Assembly (NCBI GenBank): GCA_002269645.1
Contig: NIVC01003820.1
Location: forward strand, 1-64,000
Reading direction: 5' to 3'
DNA length: 64,000 nucleotides
DNA from: Macrostomum lignano
Taxonomy: Eukaryota
Below the pieces are notes generated by a model that saw only the letters and a program-made list of their open reading frames with translations, was not told where the DNA came from and did no database searches. Below, one piece after another: positions 47,791 through 64,000 of this stretch. Position numbers and translations under genes: made by a program. Each line of letters begins with the position of its first letter. Position 1 is the first letter of the stretch.

Positions 47791-49667
47791 TAACTTAAGT
47801 GAGCATTAAATGTAGTGAATTTTTTTAATGAGCCCAGTCTTCAGTTTAACACTATATATATGCGATATCAATCTGACGAACTTAAGGGAACTTCAACAGC
47901 CAATAGAATGGAACGGGGGTACCAGGATTCCAAAAGTAAAAAACGAGAAAAACAAACAGTAACTCGGTCAGATTGGCACTCCATCATTATTTTCTTTCCG
48001 ATCCATGAATACACACAGTTAACAAAATTTTTTGACTTTAGCAACACAGGAGCAGCAAGTAGCTTTCACTATTAGTTGACAGTAGATAGCAAACAGTTAA
48101 ATTAGTAATAGTCAGAGTTAGTTTTTACAGTTACACTTTGTTAGTGCAACACATAGCAGCGAAGTTAGCAGCTCAAACCGGAAAGTGTGTGACGTCACAT
48201 TTTTTCAAAAAGCGAACCACGACTGGCAACTATTCTGCATTTAAAACAAAATTTAATATTTCAATATATACTTACCTTGCCTAATTGATAGTGGCAAATT
48301 CCAAAAATGTCTAAAACTGCTAACTACTTTCTAAATAGATACTTTAGAAATAGTTTTAAACAGAATAAGTAGATAACTCGTGGAAACTATTTGCATCCAA
48401 TTCTCACCAAAACTATTTTTGGCGATTTTAATTTTTCATCACATTAAACACCCACTGAGCGTCAAGTCAATGTTTCAGAAAAATCGGAATTATTTTGTCG
48501 ACCTAAACTTAAAGAAGCTTGATACTCCGTCTATGAACCCGTCACGGACTACTTAAGTACTACTTATCTACTAGTGGTCCTTGGAACCCGTCTGTGTGCC
48601 GAATTCTGCAATGCTAAGGCTACTCAAGGATTTGTGCAAAACTGCATGGTTGCCGCGTGAGCTGACGGTGGAGCACAGGACGAGCTGATTGAGCGCTATT
48701 TATCAAGTGGTTCAAAATCGTTCATAACTTTGGAAAAATGCAGCCAAGCCTAAAATTTTATGGAACCACGACACTTCAAAGTCTACATATTTAAAGTTTC
48801 ATTCAAATCAGACGCTCTGGACGTGAGCAATAGTACAGAAAGTTTTGCAGCTTTATCTTGGACACACAATATCTTGGAGACGTCCAACTGATACGTGTCT
48901 AGGAAGTTGCTGGCGCATCACAAAACACTTGTCTGCAGCGTCACGGATATCGATACGTATTTTTGTCTTAAGGGTCTGAACTACGGTGAAAATGCACATA
49001 CAGGATTGGGAGTCTGAAAAAGCTGTGCACGGATGCATCATCTTTGGCTTTTATGTTTGGCGTCCTTTTACTTCTAATTTATTACATGTACGTGTCAACA
49101 GTTCTCAACAGTATACGAATTCAAACTCCGACTCCAAATACTCCGAATGGAAAGAAGATTGTCAGTCGTGCACTCGAACTTCTCTGAGCAATATAAATAT
49201 TGCCGTGTATTTGATCATAGACTGATGCGTTAGGCAAAATTTTCTGGTCAAAGTAAATATTTCAGTCTTCGGATTGACTTCAGTTCTCAAGCAGTTTGAT
49301 CTTCGCAGTGCTCAGCTCCTGAAGACAACACACATCGGTTCGAAACACGAATTGGCGAATTTTGCTGATTTCTCTCAGAGTCTGGAATTCAAAATAAAAA
49401 AATGTTTTGCGCTGATTGTCAAAGTAGTGCCAGAAGAAATCAGGACATATCTGATCAAAATTTTCAGAAAAGTAAATGTCCAAAATCTTGTTTGAAACAA
49501 ACAACCAGGAATAGCAAATGGCGTAATGGCACTTTATACACATACGAGTACTTTTTGAATCTGCGAATCCGGGATCCTCATCCTTGATCAAAATTCGAAC
49601 TATAGGACCCAGATTCTAATTTAGAATTTAAATCCGGAATCCTCATCCAGGACTGAATTCAGAAGTG

Positions 49668-49976
49668 CTATGAGCAGAGTATAAAGGAGCAACAGAGCAG
49701 CATCACCCACCGCCAGACGTATCGATCCTTTTTCGACGCTCGTCGCTCAAGGTGTCGATAGCGTTTGAGCAGCGTCTCGCGAGCAATTTCGTCATCATAG
49801 GGCTCGACGGTCTCGAAGCGCCGTTTCAGCGTGAACATGTTGCTCCAGGGACTCTCGTCACCTCCGTCGTTCGCGGGGACGGCATTGACAACGGCGTCCT
49901 TGGCAACGAGGCTGCCGGCAAGGAGCACAGCGCCGGACAGGACCAGCAGGGAGGCGAAGGCGTTGTTGCCGAGCAT
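49668..49976 (-). CDS. Secreted, prohormone-like protein (possibly only the first coding exon)
   Basis: Acceptor CCTCAG just upstream; signal-like MLGNNAFASLLVLSGAVLLAGSLVA, then KRR, KR, RR and KK sites. A possible donor GTGGGT lies near 49710. Confidence 0.5.
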   Translation of the reverse strand: MLGNNAFASLLVLSGAVLLAGSLVAKDAVVNAVPANDGGDESPWSNMFTLKRRFETVEPYDDEIARETLLKRYRHLERRASKKDRYVWRWVMLLCCSFILCS

Positions 49977-50013
49977 GAGTTCCACTGAGGACAGGAAGAT
50001 TGCGATTGGATAG

Positions 50014-51333
<1,320 letters not shown>

Positions 51334-52589
51334 ATTTATCTATTAATAAACTATTCATACTGTACAGACTCACCTTCTAATTAGGAGTTTTCAGTTTTAC
51401 GAATATATCAGCTGGTTTTGGTGAAAGTCACTGCGAACAGCTACAGCTTGATCCTCTGTTCAGTGCCTTATATAGCAACAAGCTACCAGTATTCGAGCTT
51501 GAGCTCCCATTGGCTGCTCGGAAGGGCCCTGGCCCGTGTCTAATTCGAGATTCAGTCTCGAATGGATCACGCAGCGAGTTTTAGCCCCAAAATTTGAATA
51601 AATATTTCAGAGCAAGCAGCTCGCGAATTTGACCCAGTGACACCCCAAATATGGCCCTTGAAATTCTTGAGGCCTCATCACTTGAAACCCCTCGAATTCC
51701 CACGGGATTGAGGAGCAGAACAAAAAGTTTATCCAGAGTGAAACTTTGACTCCGTCACTGTGGAGCTGACGTATTTCACCGATACGTGGAATCTTGAATG
51801 CGTTTTGTTCGTTTGCATAATTAATTTTGTGGGCATGTCAAGCGTGCTCAGCCTGGGCTGAGTTGGCTCAAATGTGGCTCTGGATGGCTAATCGAGTTTC
51901 TGGAGCGAGACTCGGACTGTGTGGCAACCAAAGCCAGCGAAGCTGGAATGGCGATGCGGCACAAATGTGTCGCGAATTGCGAAGGCCCTGCTGGTTGGCT
52001 TTGATTGACCTATAGGGATACGACCAAGGAGCGGTAGAAGTTGCAGTTGTATCGCGACTTAAGTAACACCCATGATCAATGGAAAATTGTTTAAAGGCTC
52101 AACTAAAACTTTCATTGGTCCTTTGGCGTGACCGTGGATAGACCTACAACACCTTCGAAGGAGGACAACGTCCCACAATCAGCGTGGAGGCAATTCATTA
52201 AGGAAACCACGCCACATGTTGACTTCATGTTACTGATAATCAATCACCGCAATAAACTGTTTTCAAATTTGTTTGACACACAAAAATAAGATGGTTCCAA
52301 AATCATGTTTCCTCCCTGAGAGAAACAGAGCGCTTATTACAAAAGTGGATGACTAGTACAAGTTTTCTCTCGCTCAAGCTGTCTCTTCGCACGCAATTCG
52401 TCAGTTTAGAACTTAATTTATGCGAGCTATAACCACCTTATTTTGAGACAGCACTTCTCTGCAAGTCGCTTTTAAACCTAAATGATACTGCAGACTAATT
52501 TCGACTATTTTAATTGGCTTAGCCAAAAAATTGTTTAAAAGACTTTTGTCAATCAGGGACGTGGTAAGGGGTAGGGCTACCAAAACTAT

Positions 52590-52790
52590 GGCGCCCCTTG
52601 GTGCTGGCGCCTCTTGTTACTGGCGCCTCTTGGTGCTGGCGCCTCTTGGTGCTGGCGCCTCTTGGTGCTGGCGCCTCTTGTTACTGGCGCCTCTTGGTGC
52701 TGGCGCCTCTTGGTGCTGGCGCCTCTTGGTGCTGGCGCCTCTTGGTGCTGGCGCCTCTTGGTGCTGGCGCCTCTTGGTGCTGGCGCCACA
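52590..52790. repeat. 16 bp minisatellite (GGCGCCTCTTGGTGCT)
   Basis: Direct reading; reverse complement of the GCGCC variant of the 37-41 kb array. Confidence 0.93.
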
Positions 52791-54979
52791 CCCCATAGTC
52801 CAAGCTATGTCAACACAAAAATTACCTTAGCAAAAATATTTCAGTAGGCGAAATGACAGAACATACACAGCAAGGACCCCCAAAAGTTACCATTTCGCAA
52901 AATTTTATTTCCTTACATACTACCCCTCTGATGGCGTTCTTAGTAGTTCGACTAGCAATCTAGTGCCCCCCTTCGGGGCAGCCAATAAGCAAGGGACGAA
53001 AATTCTTTTTTTATGAATCCTTTTTGCCTCGACATCGAACCAATTCTCCCAGTAAGAAGCCTTGACATCTCAGCAATCTTCAAATAAGTTAATTTTTGCA
53101 TATTGAAGCCAAAGGGAGCTATAGGCCTGATCTAAGTCGAAGTCGGAGAAGGGACACACATTGTTTTGCAGCAGCCTCTATGTAAAAAACCTATGCGACG
53201 TCGCTCACACGTGCCGATCGAAAGTGACTAGATTCCCTTAAAAATATTGAGGCTTGCATGGTTGCCAATGGTACGAGCGTAATTCGCAAGTGTTTTTGCT
53301 ATTTTCTAATGATTTAAACCGGCTTTAGTGTGTCTGTGGCTAATAATATAGTAGTACAGTGGTGTATTAGCGCCTTTTTTTAGAGGCAGGGGGATTGTGT
53401 GCACCCTGGCGCACTTTAAGCGACATAGGCACACAACCGGCGAGAGGCATTACTGCCCATTCCGCCGACTCCCCTGAGCAGGCATACAAGCGCGCGGATA
53501 CTAAAGCCCTTAAAATATGGCTATATCAATGATATTGTGCCATAGACATTTTTGCCAAAGCTACGCTCGTATCAATTGGAAAGTAATCGTGACGGGGCGG
53601 AGCCATACTCACTACCATAGACATATTTTTGTTTTGCCCATCGAGTAATTAGAGTTTGGCCATAGACAGTTGGTTGTATCAACAAATTCTCGTGCTTTTC
53701 TCTACCGCTTGATTAGCAAGCATTATTTAATGGGCCATCTATGGCTATTAACAGGCGCCGATATTGGCCTACCAGACAAAAGGGCCATGCTATTGAATAT
53801 AATCAGTAGTGTTGAGTCAGGCTGTAGCAAAATTGATAGTGTACTGGTATTAAATGACCCCAGCAATTTAGTTTTTGGACACTTAATCCCATGCTTGGAA
53901 CCGAAAAGTCTTTCAAACGAAAAATCATTTTGTATTTTCAAAACTAAAAAAAAACAAAGTTAGCTAGATAGTTATAGAGAAAAATATTATATTAATTGAT
54001 TGCTCGTTTAGGCTTCTAAATTATCTGAAGCTAATGCAACTTTTCAAGTCATGCAAGTCATGCAATCTCCAGTTGCCTGAGACAAAATTGATTGCTACTT
54101 AGGGGGCTGGGGGCAGAGCAGACTATTGTTCCCAACTCTGCAGGTACTTCTGGGAAAACTGCGGGAGCCTCTTCACCCGCAGCCTCCCGTCGCCTGCATC
54201 GCTTTAGCCTTGTCGTCACGCTGCGCGCCCGCGTGAAGAAACGGCAGGCTTTAAAGCCTAATTTCTTTAGCAGGCAAAGCTCTTCACGCAACAATTGCCT
54301 GGCATTGTCTGTCAGGTTTTTGCCATTCCTCAGCAGCTGCAACTCAGGTGCCGATAGAGCCGGCTACTTTAAAAAACAGAATCACTCCGTACTGAGAAAC
54401 GCGCGTGTAAGATGATTTTTTTTTAGAATCTCTTTACTCGCGTGGCTGCAACGACAGGTGCCTGTATTGTAGCAGCCAGCTTTGTTATTGGTATCGGTTG
54501 CTATTGACAATCGAAATGCTGCGCGCGACTGCCACCTCCTCCGCCCCTGTGCAGCCTGGACTGAAACCATCTTGAATGAAGAGAGGGAGGACATGCTGAG
54601 GGAGTGAGGGAGGAACCAAAGAGAGAGAGGGGGGGGCAGAGAAACGGGGGCCACAGGCTTGCACTGGTGGACTAGCAACTCAAGTCATCTGCTTCAGGTG
54701 CGCCATTCCCAAGCATTAATTAGCAGTTGCGGTGGGGGAGAATATGCTACTGGCATGGACTGGGAGAGTTGGACGGCTGTTGCAGCAGTTTTGGGTGGTT
54801 GGCAACAAAACGGATGGGGTGTTTTTTCAACTGGCAATATTAAGCGCGCGGTGGCCCCAGAGCCAGGCTGCATCCAGCTGCCTTGTCGTTAGTTTGAGCT
54901 AAAAAAGAGCCAGCAATCATTAACCGCAGGGTAATAAAATTGACTAGCAGGACTCAGCCAGATCTGTACCGCCTGAGCC

Positions 54980-58663
<3,684 letters not shown>

Positions 58664-58743
58664 CTTGAGGTTTGAATTCTGAGGACATTGATTTTGAGTA
58701 GCCCTGTAGCTAAGACTAGAACTTGCACTCGAAAATATTATTC

Positions 58744-58845
58744 CAAGGACCACTAGAAGTTACCGTTGTATCAGGATGTTCAAATAATTTTGCAATATTT
58801 ACGAGTGTTTCGTCCTGATACAACGGTAACTTATAGTTGTCCTTA
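58744..58845. mobile_element. ~100 bp MITE-like hairpin element with a target-site duplication
   Basis: Arms AAGGACCACTAGAAGTTACCGTTGTATCAGGA / TCCTGATACAACGGTAACTTATAGTTGTCCTT, flanked by direct repeat (A)TATTATTC at 58735-58743 and 58845-58853. Confidence 0.75.
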
Positions 58846-60046
58846 TATTATTCTCGTACAAACTAAGAGGTGTATCTTAAACGGCTTAATAGAAGTGCAC
58901 TCTCTACCCTGATCCATGAGCACAGCTGCGATGCGTAAAGCCTTACACAGTTACAGCTTTGTGAGGTGTGAGGCCTCACACTGCAAAGTCGCACATTTAA
59001 CCACGTTTGCTGTTCCGTATCGGTAGAGAAATGTATCCTCTGACGCGAATCGCATATTTTTCTGCATGTTTTACAACTGTTTTAGATGTACATGGATCGT
59101 TACTGCAGTTTACTGCATGTACATGTACATGTAGCTTAATACTGACTCAATTTTTTTTTCTACAGCAAAAACCGGGACTATACCGGGACCGGGACCGGGA
59201 ACCGGGACCGGGACTATATATGAGCATCATATATTTTTGTGATCCGCTATTTCTATCGGATGTTAGCTTAACAAAAACTGCGAGCCTGGCCATGAACTAA
59301 ATGTGGAATATTTTTGTTACTCTTTAGCTTATCAGAAAAAGCACTCAAATTAATCATTTTTAAGTGTATAATTATTGGACGATCTGATTTTAAAATATAA
59401 AAGTAAATACTCTATAGAGGATCCCAACTTTAACGATCAATTTTCTCATATCAACTAAATGATAAGCACGCTAGTAACATGTTTGTTATCGTCTTTTAAG
59501 ATCATGATCATTTACAAGTACGTATATATATATTTCCTTTAATTGCGATCAAATATCTGTAGTAGTGGAGCTACATGTACATGTATACTGAACTACATGC
59601 ATGTGCTGATCATGCAAACAAAGAATACAGTTACATGTAATTTTTAGCTTAGCGCACTGTTACATCTAAATGTACTTGGCGAAGATCAGAGTACATGTAG
59701 CTCAGCGATAAAGTCTGGCTTGCACTACGAACCCCTTAAGTTAGTTTGAAATTACTTCGACGACCATATCTATTAATTTGTGGCTTGTTGTGCACAAAAC
59801 ATAGGCCGCGGGTTGCAATGCGATTCATGCAGCCAGCTGCGGGAGGCCGCGGGCCATGCAGCCCCCAAAGGCGCAGGGAGTTGTACATGCCTATAGCTGA
59901 TTATTAGAATCGATCGAGAATCCTTAACATACATATCTATATATGCACATGTGGGATAAAAAGATGACGACCCTAGAAGACATTGACTTGTTGATTCAAC
60001 AGATCTTATCTATCTTCTTGGGGCTGCGCAATGCAATGGTTTACCC

Positions 60047-60232
60047 CCGATTCGCCGAATCCTGATTTGCCGATTCCCAGCTCGCCGAATCCTGATTCGC
60101 CGATTCCTGGTTCGCCGAAATTCCCGAGTCGCCTATTCCCGATTTGCCGAAATTCCTGATTTGCCGAAATTCCTTATTTGCCGAAATTCCTCATTTGCCG
60201 AATCCCAACTTGCCGATTTCCTGATTCGCAAA
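60047..60232. repeat. Degenerate ~16 bp repeat (GATTCGCCGAATCCT-like)
   Basis: Direct reading. Confidence 0.8.
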
Positions 60233-62016
60233 AAGAATATGAAACTCTAAAGTTTATTAAATTAAATTAAAAAAATTGCTAAAATAACAGGTTGCTGAAA
60301 TAAAGCTTCCGGCTTTGTTATATTAACAAGAAAATTTAAAGTTTGTGACGTTCTATTTTTTGCAAATAGCTAATGCTTAGCTAATATAAAAACGCGAGCG
60401 TGTGTGCGCGGAATAACCACGGTCACAGAAGAGGAGTCTTGCTGCGGAACCACGGATTCTGTCTGGTGCTAGGGTCGTATATATATTAAGCTATGCAAAT
60501 AGCAATTGCTAATTTCTAATTAATAATTGAGCTATCTATAACTTTCCTTATTGATTATTGTTAATGTATTGAGCCTTTGTAAAGAAATTAAATACAATAT
60601 TATAACATTACAAAAAGCCATTTTGATTTTATTTTGATACAAATCTTGAGAATGGTTATTAACATTAGGGCCTAATTGCAATAAAAGAGCAATATAAAAA
60701 ATAGTAATGGATGGAAATTTGGTTTTGATTTAAATAATATTTCAAATTTTGAACCTTATTTTGTATTAAAATAATTTCAATTTCAAAGTTTAACACTATT
60801 CATTGAAAATCATTTCTAAATTTGGTTATGTTTTAACAATTAAGCATTCGAGACCATGTTATATAAAAGAATCTATAGAAAGTGAAAAGAAGTGCAATTC
60901 ACTGAAAGTAAAGAGGCAAGAATCACCTTTTTATATGGGCATATATACAAGAACCATTGTGCACACAAATTTTTCTAGGCCTTGTGGTATACCCACCTCA
61001 ACCTCTATAAAAGAAAGCACACTGGCTAAACTTATTAGCATAGATTTGAATTGGCTAAAGACTAAAAATCTTAATGAAATTGATATTTAAAGTCTCTTAT
61101 AACATGAATTATAAAAGTCGTTCTATTCTAAGTACAATATATAATATTAGCTTTTTCTATTTCATAGTTTTTAAGTAAGTAATTCCATGTATTTTGGTAC
61201 AAAAACCAAGATATTTTATAAAAAAACATGTCAGCTTATACATGTAAATGCAAGTTGTTAAACTTTTATTGTAAAATTTGCAAAAATTTGAAACTGTTTA
61301 ACCCAAAAAGATTTTGATTCTGATTTAAATTTTTATTTTAATCTTAAATTCAGTTTTAATACAAAAAAAGTAATTTCATTCTTTCACTATAAAAAGTTGG
61401 CCAATTGTAGATAAGTAGAATTAGAAAGCATGTTAAAAGTATAGAAGATCAAGACAAACAACATATTTTATTATAGGATCTTAATTTAATAAGTTAGATA
61501 ATAAACAAAGCCTTAATTGACTGTGATTTGATAGACATTAATTAAACTAATAGATTGCAGCTTGAAATAAAATATTGATTATATTATAAGACTAGTTTAA
61601 TATAGTGAGTAGGTTTTGTCTTTGATAGATTTTGGTTTTATATGGAGAATGCTAATAGATTTTTTTATTACAGAGCTACTATTTCTATGAAATATCATAA
61701 TATATATGATAAATGATTTTTATGTTTCTATTTGAAAAAACTATATATAGATATTGATATTAATATGGAAACATGTTAAAGCTAAATTTTAATATTGGCA
61801 TTTGTATGATATATGTATATTTTGAAATCATTTATAAAATATTTAATTTAAGAATATCTTTACCATGGATTCTGTTCCTTGCAGATGTCTGTCTTGGAAT
61901 TATATAATATATTTTCAAAATTTTGTCAACAGTTACAACAAATTTCAGAGACCTTAAATTAATGTGCTATTGATTTTGCATTAAAGATCAATATATAAAC
62001 CTTTTCTGTCTGTAAG

Positions 62017-63333
62017 ATGTCAAGCCAGCTTGATAAAAGTTCAGTTGCATTGGTTGCCAAGTGCAAACCTGGATTATGGAGCAGGTAAATAAATTATAAA
62101 TTATTTTTTTCAAATTAGTTTTAATTGTCGTGTATTGCTCTTAGGTTAGAAGTAAGATGTCCTTTGATTCTCAGACTGGGCTATCATCATCCTCTTAAAT
62201 CCTCAGCTGCTTTGCAAACCTCCCATATCCTCAGTTGCTATGCCAGCCTCCCAGATCCTCAGTTGCTGTGCCAGCCTCCCAAATCCTCAGTTGCTGGGCC
62301 AGCCTCCCAGAGTGTCAGTTGCTGGGCCAGCCTCCCAGATCCTCAGTTGCTGGGCCAGCCTCCCAGATTATCAGTTGCTGGGCCAGCCTCCCAGATCCTC
62401 AGTTGCTGGGCCAGCCTCCCAGAGTGTCAGTTGCTGGGCCAGCCTCCCAAATCCTCAGTTGCTGGGCCAGCCTCCCAGAGTGTCAGTTGCTGGGCCAGCC
62501 TCCCAGATCCTCAGTTGCTTGGCCAGCCTCCCAGATCATCAGTTGCTGGGCCAGCCTCCCAGATCCTCAGTTGCTGAGCCAACCTCCCAGATCTTCAGTT
62601 GCTGGGCCAGCCTCCCAGATCCTCAGTTGCTGAGCCAACCTCCCAGATCCTCAGTTGCTGGCCCAGCCTCCCAGATCCTCAGTTGCTGGGCCAACCTCCC
62701 AGATCCTCAGTTGCTGGGCCATCGCCGATCTTCAAGTTTAGTTACTTATTTTTTCACATGTATTTTATAATTTTTACGAGGAAACGGCAGGAGCAAGAGT
62801 AACTATACCTTAGTGTTGAGTGAAAAAATGCTTCGTCATCTGATTAGTAGTGCTTCCATAATTCCATACTTATTTTCACCCCTCAGACAGGAACGCAAGC
62901 AGTGGATGGGGTCCCTGCTGATTGGGTCGGCCTGCCTGTACCTGAGTCGCACCATCATGCCGCTGTGCAACGTGCCAATTAGCACCGAGCTCAACTGGAG
63001 CAAAAGTACATCCGGTATGGTTCTTGGTGCATTCTTCTGGGGCTACACCTGTACTCAGTTTCTAGGCGGCTATTTAGCTGATCGAGTCGGCGGCGAGTTC
63101 GTTGTTACCATGGCAGCATTTGGCTGGGCCGCTGTCACCATGGTACATCCACTGTTGCCATGGCTATCGGATGATCCAAGCGTTCTACTGTCGGCTTTCC
63201 TATTGTGCCGCGTGCTCACTGGCGCCTGCCAGGGCTTTCACTATCCCGGCATGAGCAGCCTCATGGCTCATCGGGTGCAGCTCAAAGAGCGAGCCTACAC
63301 CTGGAGCGTCGGCAGCTGTGGAGCGCATGTTGG
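62017..63333 (+). CDS. SLC17A9: SLC17A9-like vesicular nucleotide transporter (MFS), 5' exons; gene continues beyond the window
   Basis: Exon 62017-62084 (MSSQ...GLWSR; AG|GTAAAT) joins exon 62887-63333 in phase to give WSRQERKQW...LYLSRTIMP...GAFFWGYTCTQFLGGYLADRVGGE...QGFHYPGMSSL...ERAYTWS, matching SLC17A9 TM1-TM5. Confidence 0.85.
62200..62720. repeat. 28 bp minisatellite (CCTCCCAGATCCTCAGTTGCTGGGCCAG) in SLC17A9 intron 1
   Basis: Direct reading. Confidence 0.95.
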
Positions 63334-63579
63334 GTGAGCTGCGTAAATATCAAGATATGTCACTTGTAATTAAAATTTTGAAAAAAGCAGAGCGTCTACT
63401 CTTTTTTCCAGTAGTTTGTCTGCGCAGTGTAACTAAAATTTACATCTGAAATTTTCTTTCCATTCTCCGGGTTTGCGGCCTCAGGAGTACACTCGTATTG
63501 GGGTTAAGAATGAACTACAAGCATTCAACTCGATGTGTTAAAAACTTTAACATGGTGTATGAGTATATCAGTCATTGTA

Positions 63580-64000
63580 GTGACACCTCAGTCATTAGAG
63601 TCATTAAAGTGACACCTTAGTCATTAGAGTAGTGAAACCTCAGTCATTAGAGTAGTGACACCTCAGTCATTAGAGTAGTGACATCTCAGTCATTAGACTG
63701 ACACCTTAGTCATTAGACTGACACATTAGTCATTAGAGTGACACCTCAGTCATTAGAGTGACACCTCAGTCATTAAAGTGACACCTCAGTCATTAGAGTG
63801 ACACCTCAGTCGTTAGAGTAAAAGACTGACCCCTTAGTCTTTAGAGTAGTGACACCTCAGTCATTAGAGTAGTGACACCTCAGTCATTAGAGTAGTGACA
63901 CCTCAGTCATTAGAGTAGTGACACCTCAGTCATTAGAGTAGTGACACCTCAGTCATTAGAGTAGTGACACCTCAGTCATTAGAGTAGTGACACCTCAGTC
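63580..64000. repeat. 20-23 bp minisatellite (GTCATTAGAGTAGTGACACCTCA), truncated by the window end
   Basis: Direct reading. Confidence 0.93.

Noticed and set aside
60890-61050. C2H2 zinc-finger pseudogene
   Set aside because: Only a KRKHTG-like fragment amid stops, with no Cys pairs at the right spacing; too weak to call.

Overview
Eukaryotic (metazoan) genomic DNA with GT-AG introns and a very high density of micro- and minisatellites. There are no prokaryotic features, rRNA or CRISPR arrays. The repeat landscape and neural gene content would fit a free-living flatworm such as Macrostomum, but that is unverified inference. Genes assembled by hand from splice sites and reading-frame phase: a 12-exon divergent ionotropic glutamate receptor-family subunit (minus, 5052-23975); a 2-exon claudin/PMP22-like tetraspan protein; a candidate neuropeptide precursor ending in a disulfide-ring peptide; an intronless 4-TM ORF; a ~641-aa protein with two copies of an unrecognised ~88-aa domain around a phospho-motif repeat; a second prohormone-like ORF; a 5-exon TRAF4-like gene; and the 5' part of an SLC17A9-like transporter. 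Mobile DNA: a young 1.9-kb gag-protease-only Ty3/gypsy LTR element with a -1 frameshift signal, inserted in a (TATC)n tract; a decayed mariner; a tRNA-derived SINE; a LINE RNase H relic; and small MITE-like elements. Most long ORFs in the supplied track are artefacts of tandem repeats. All calls come from manual reading, and no searches were run.
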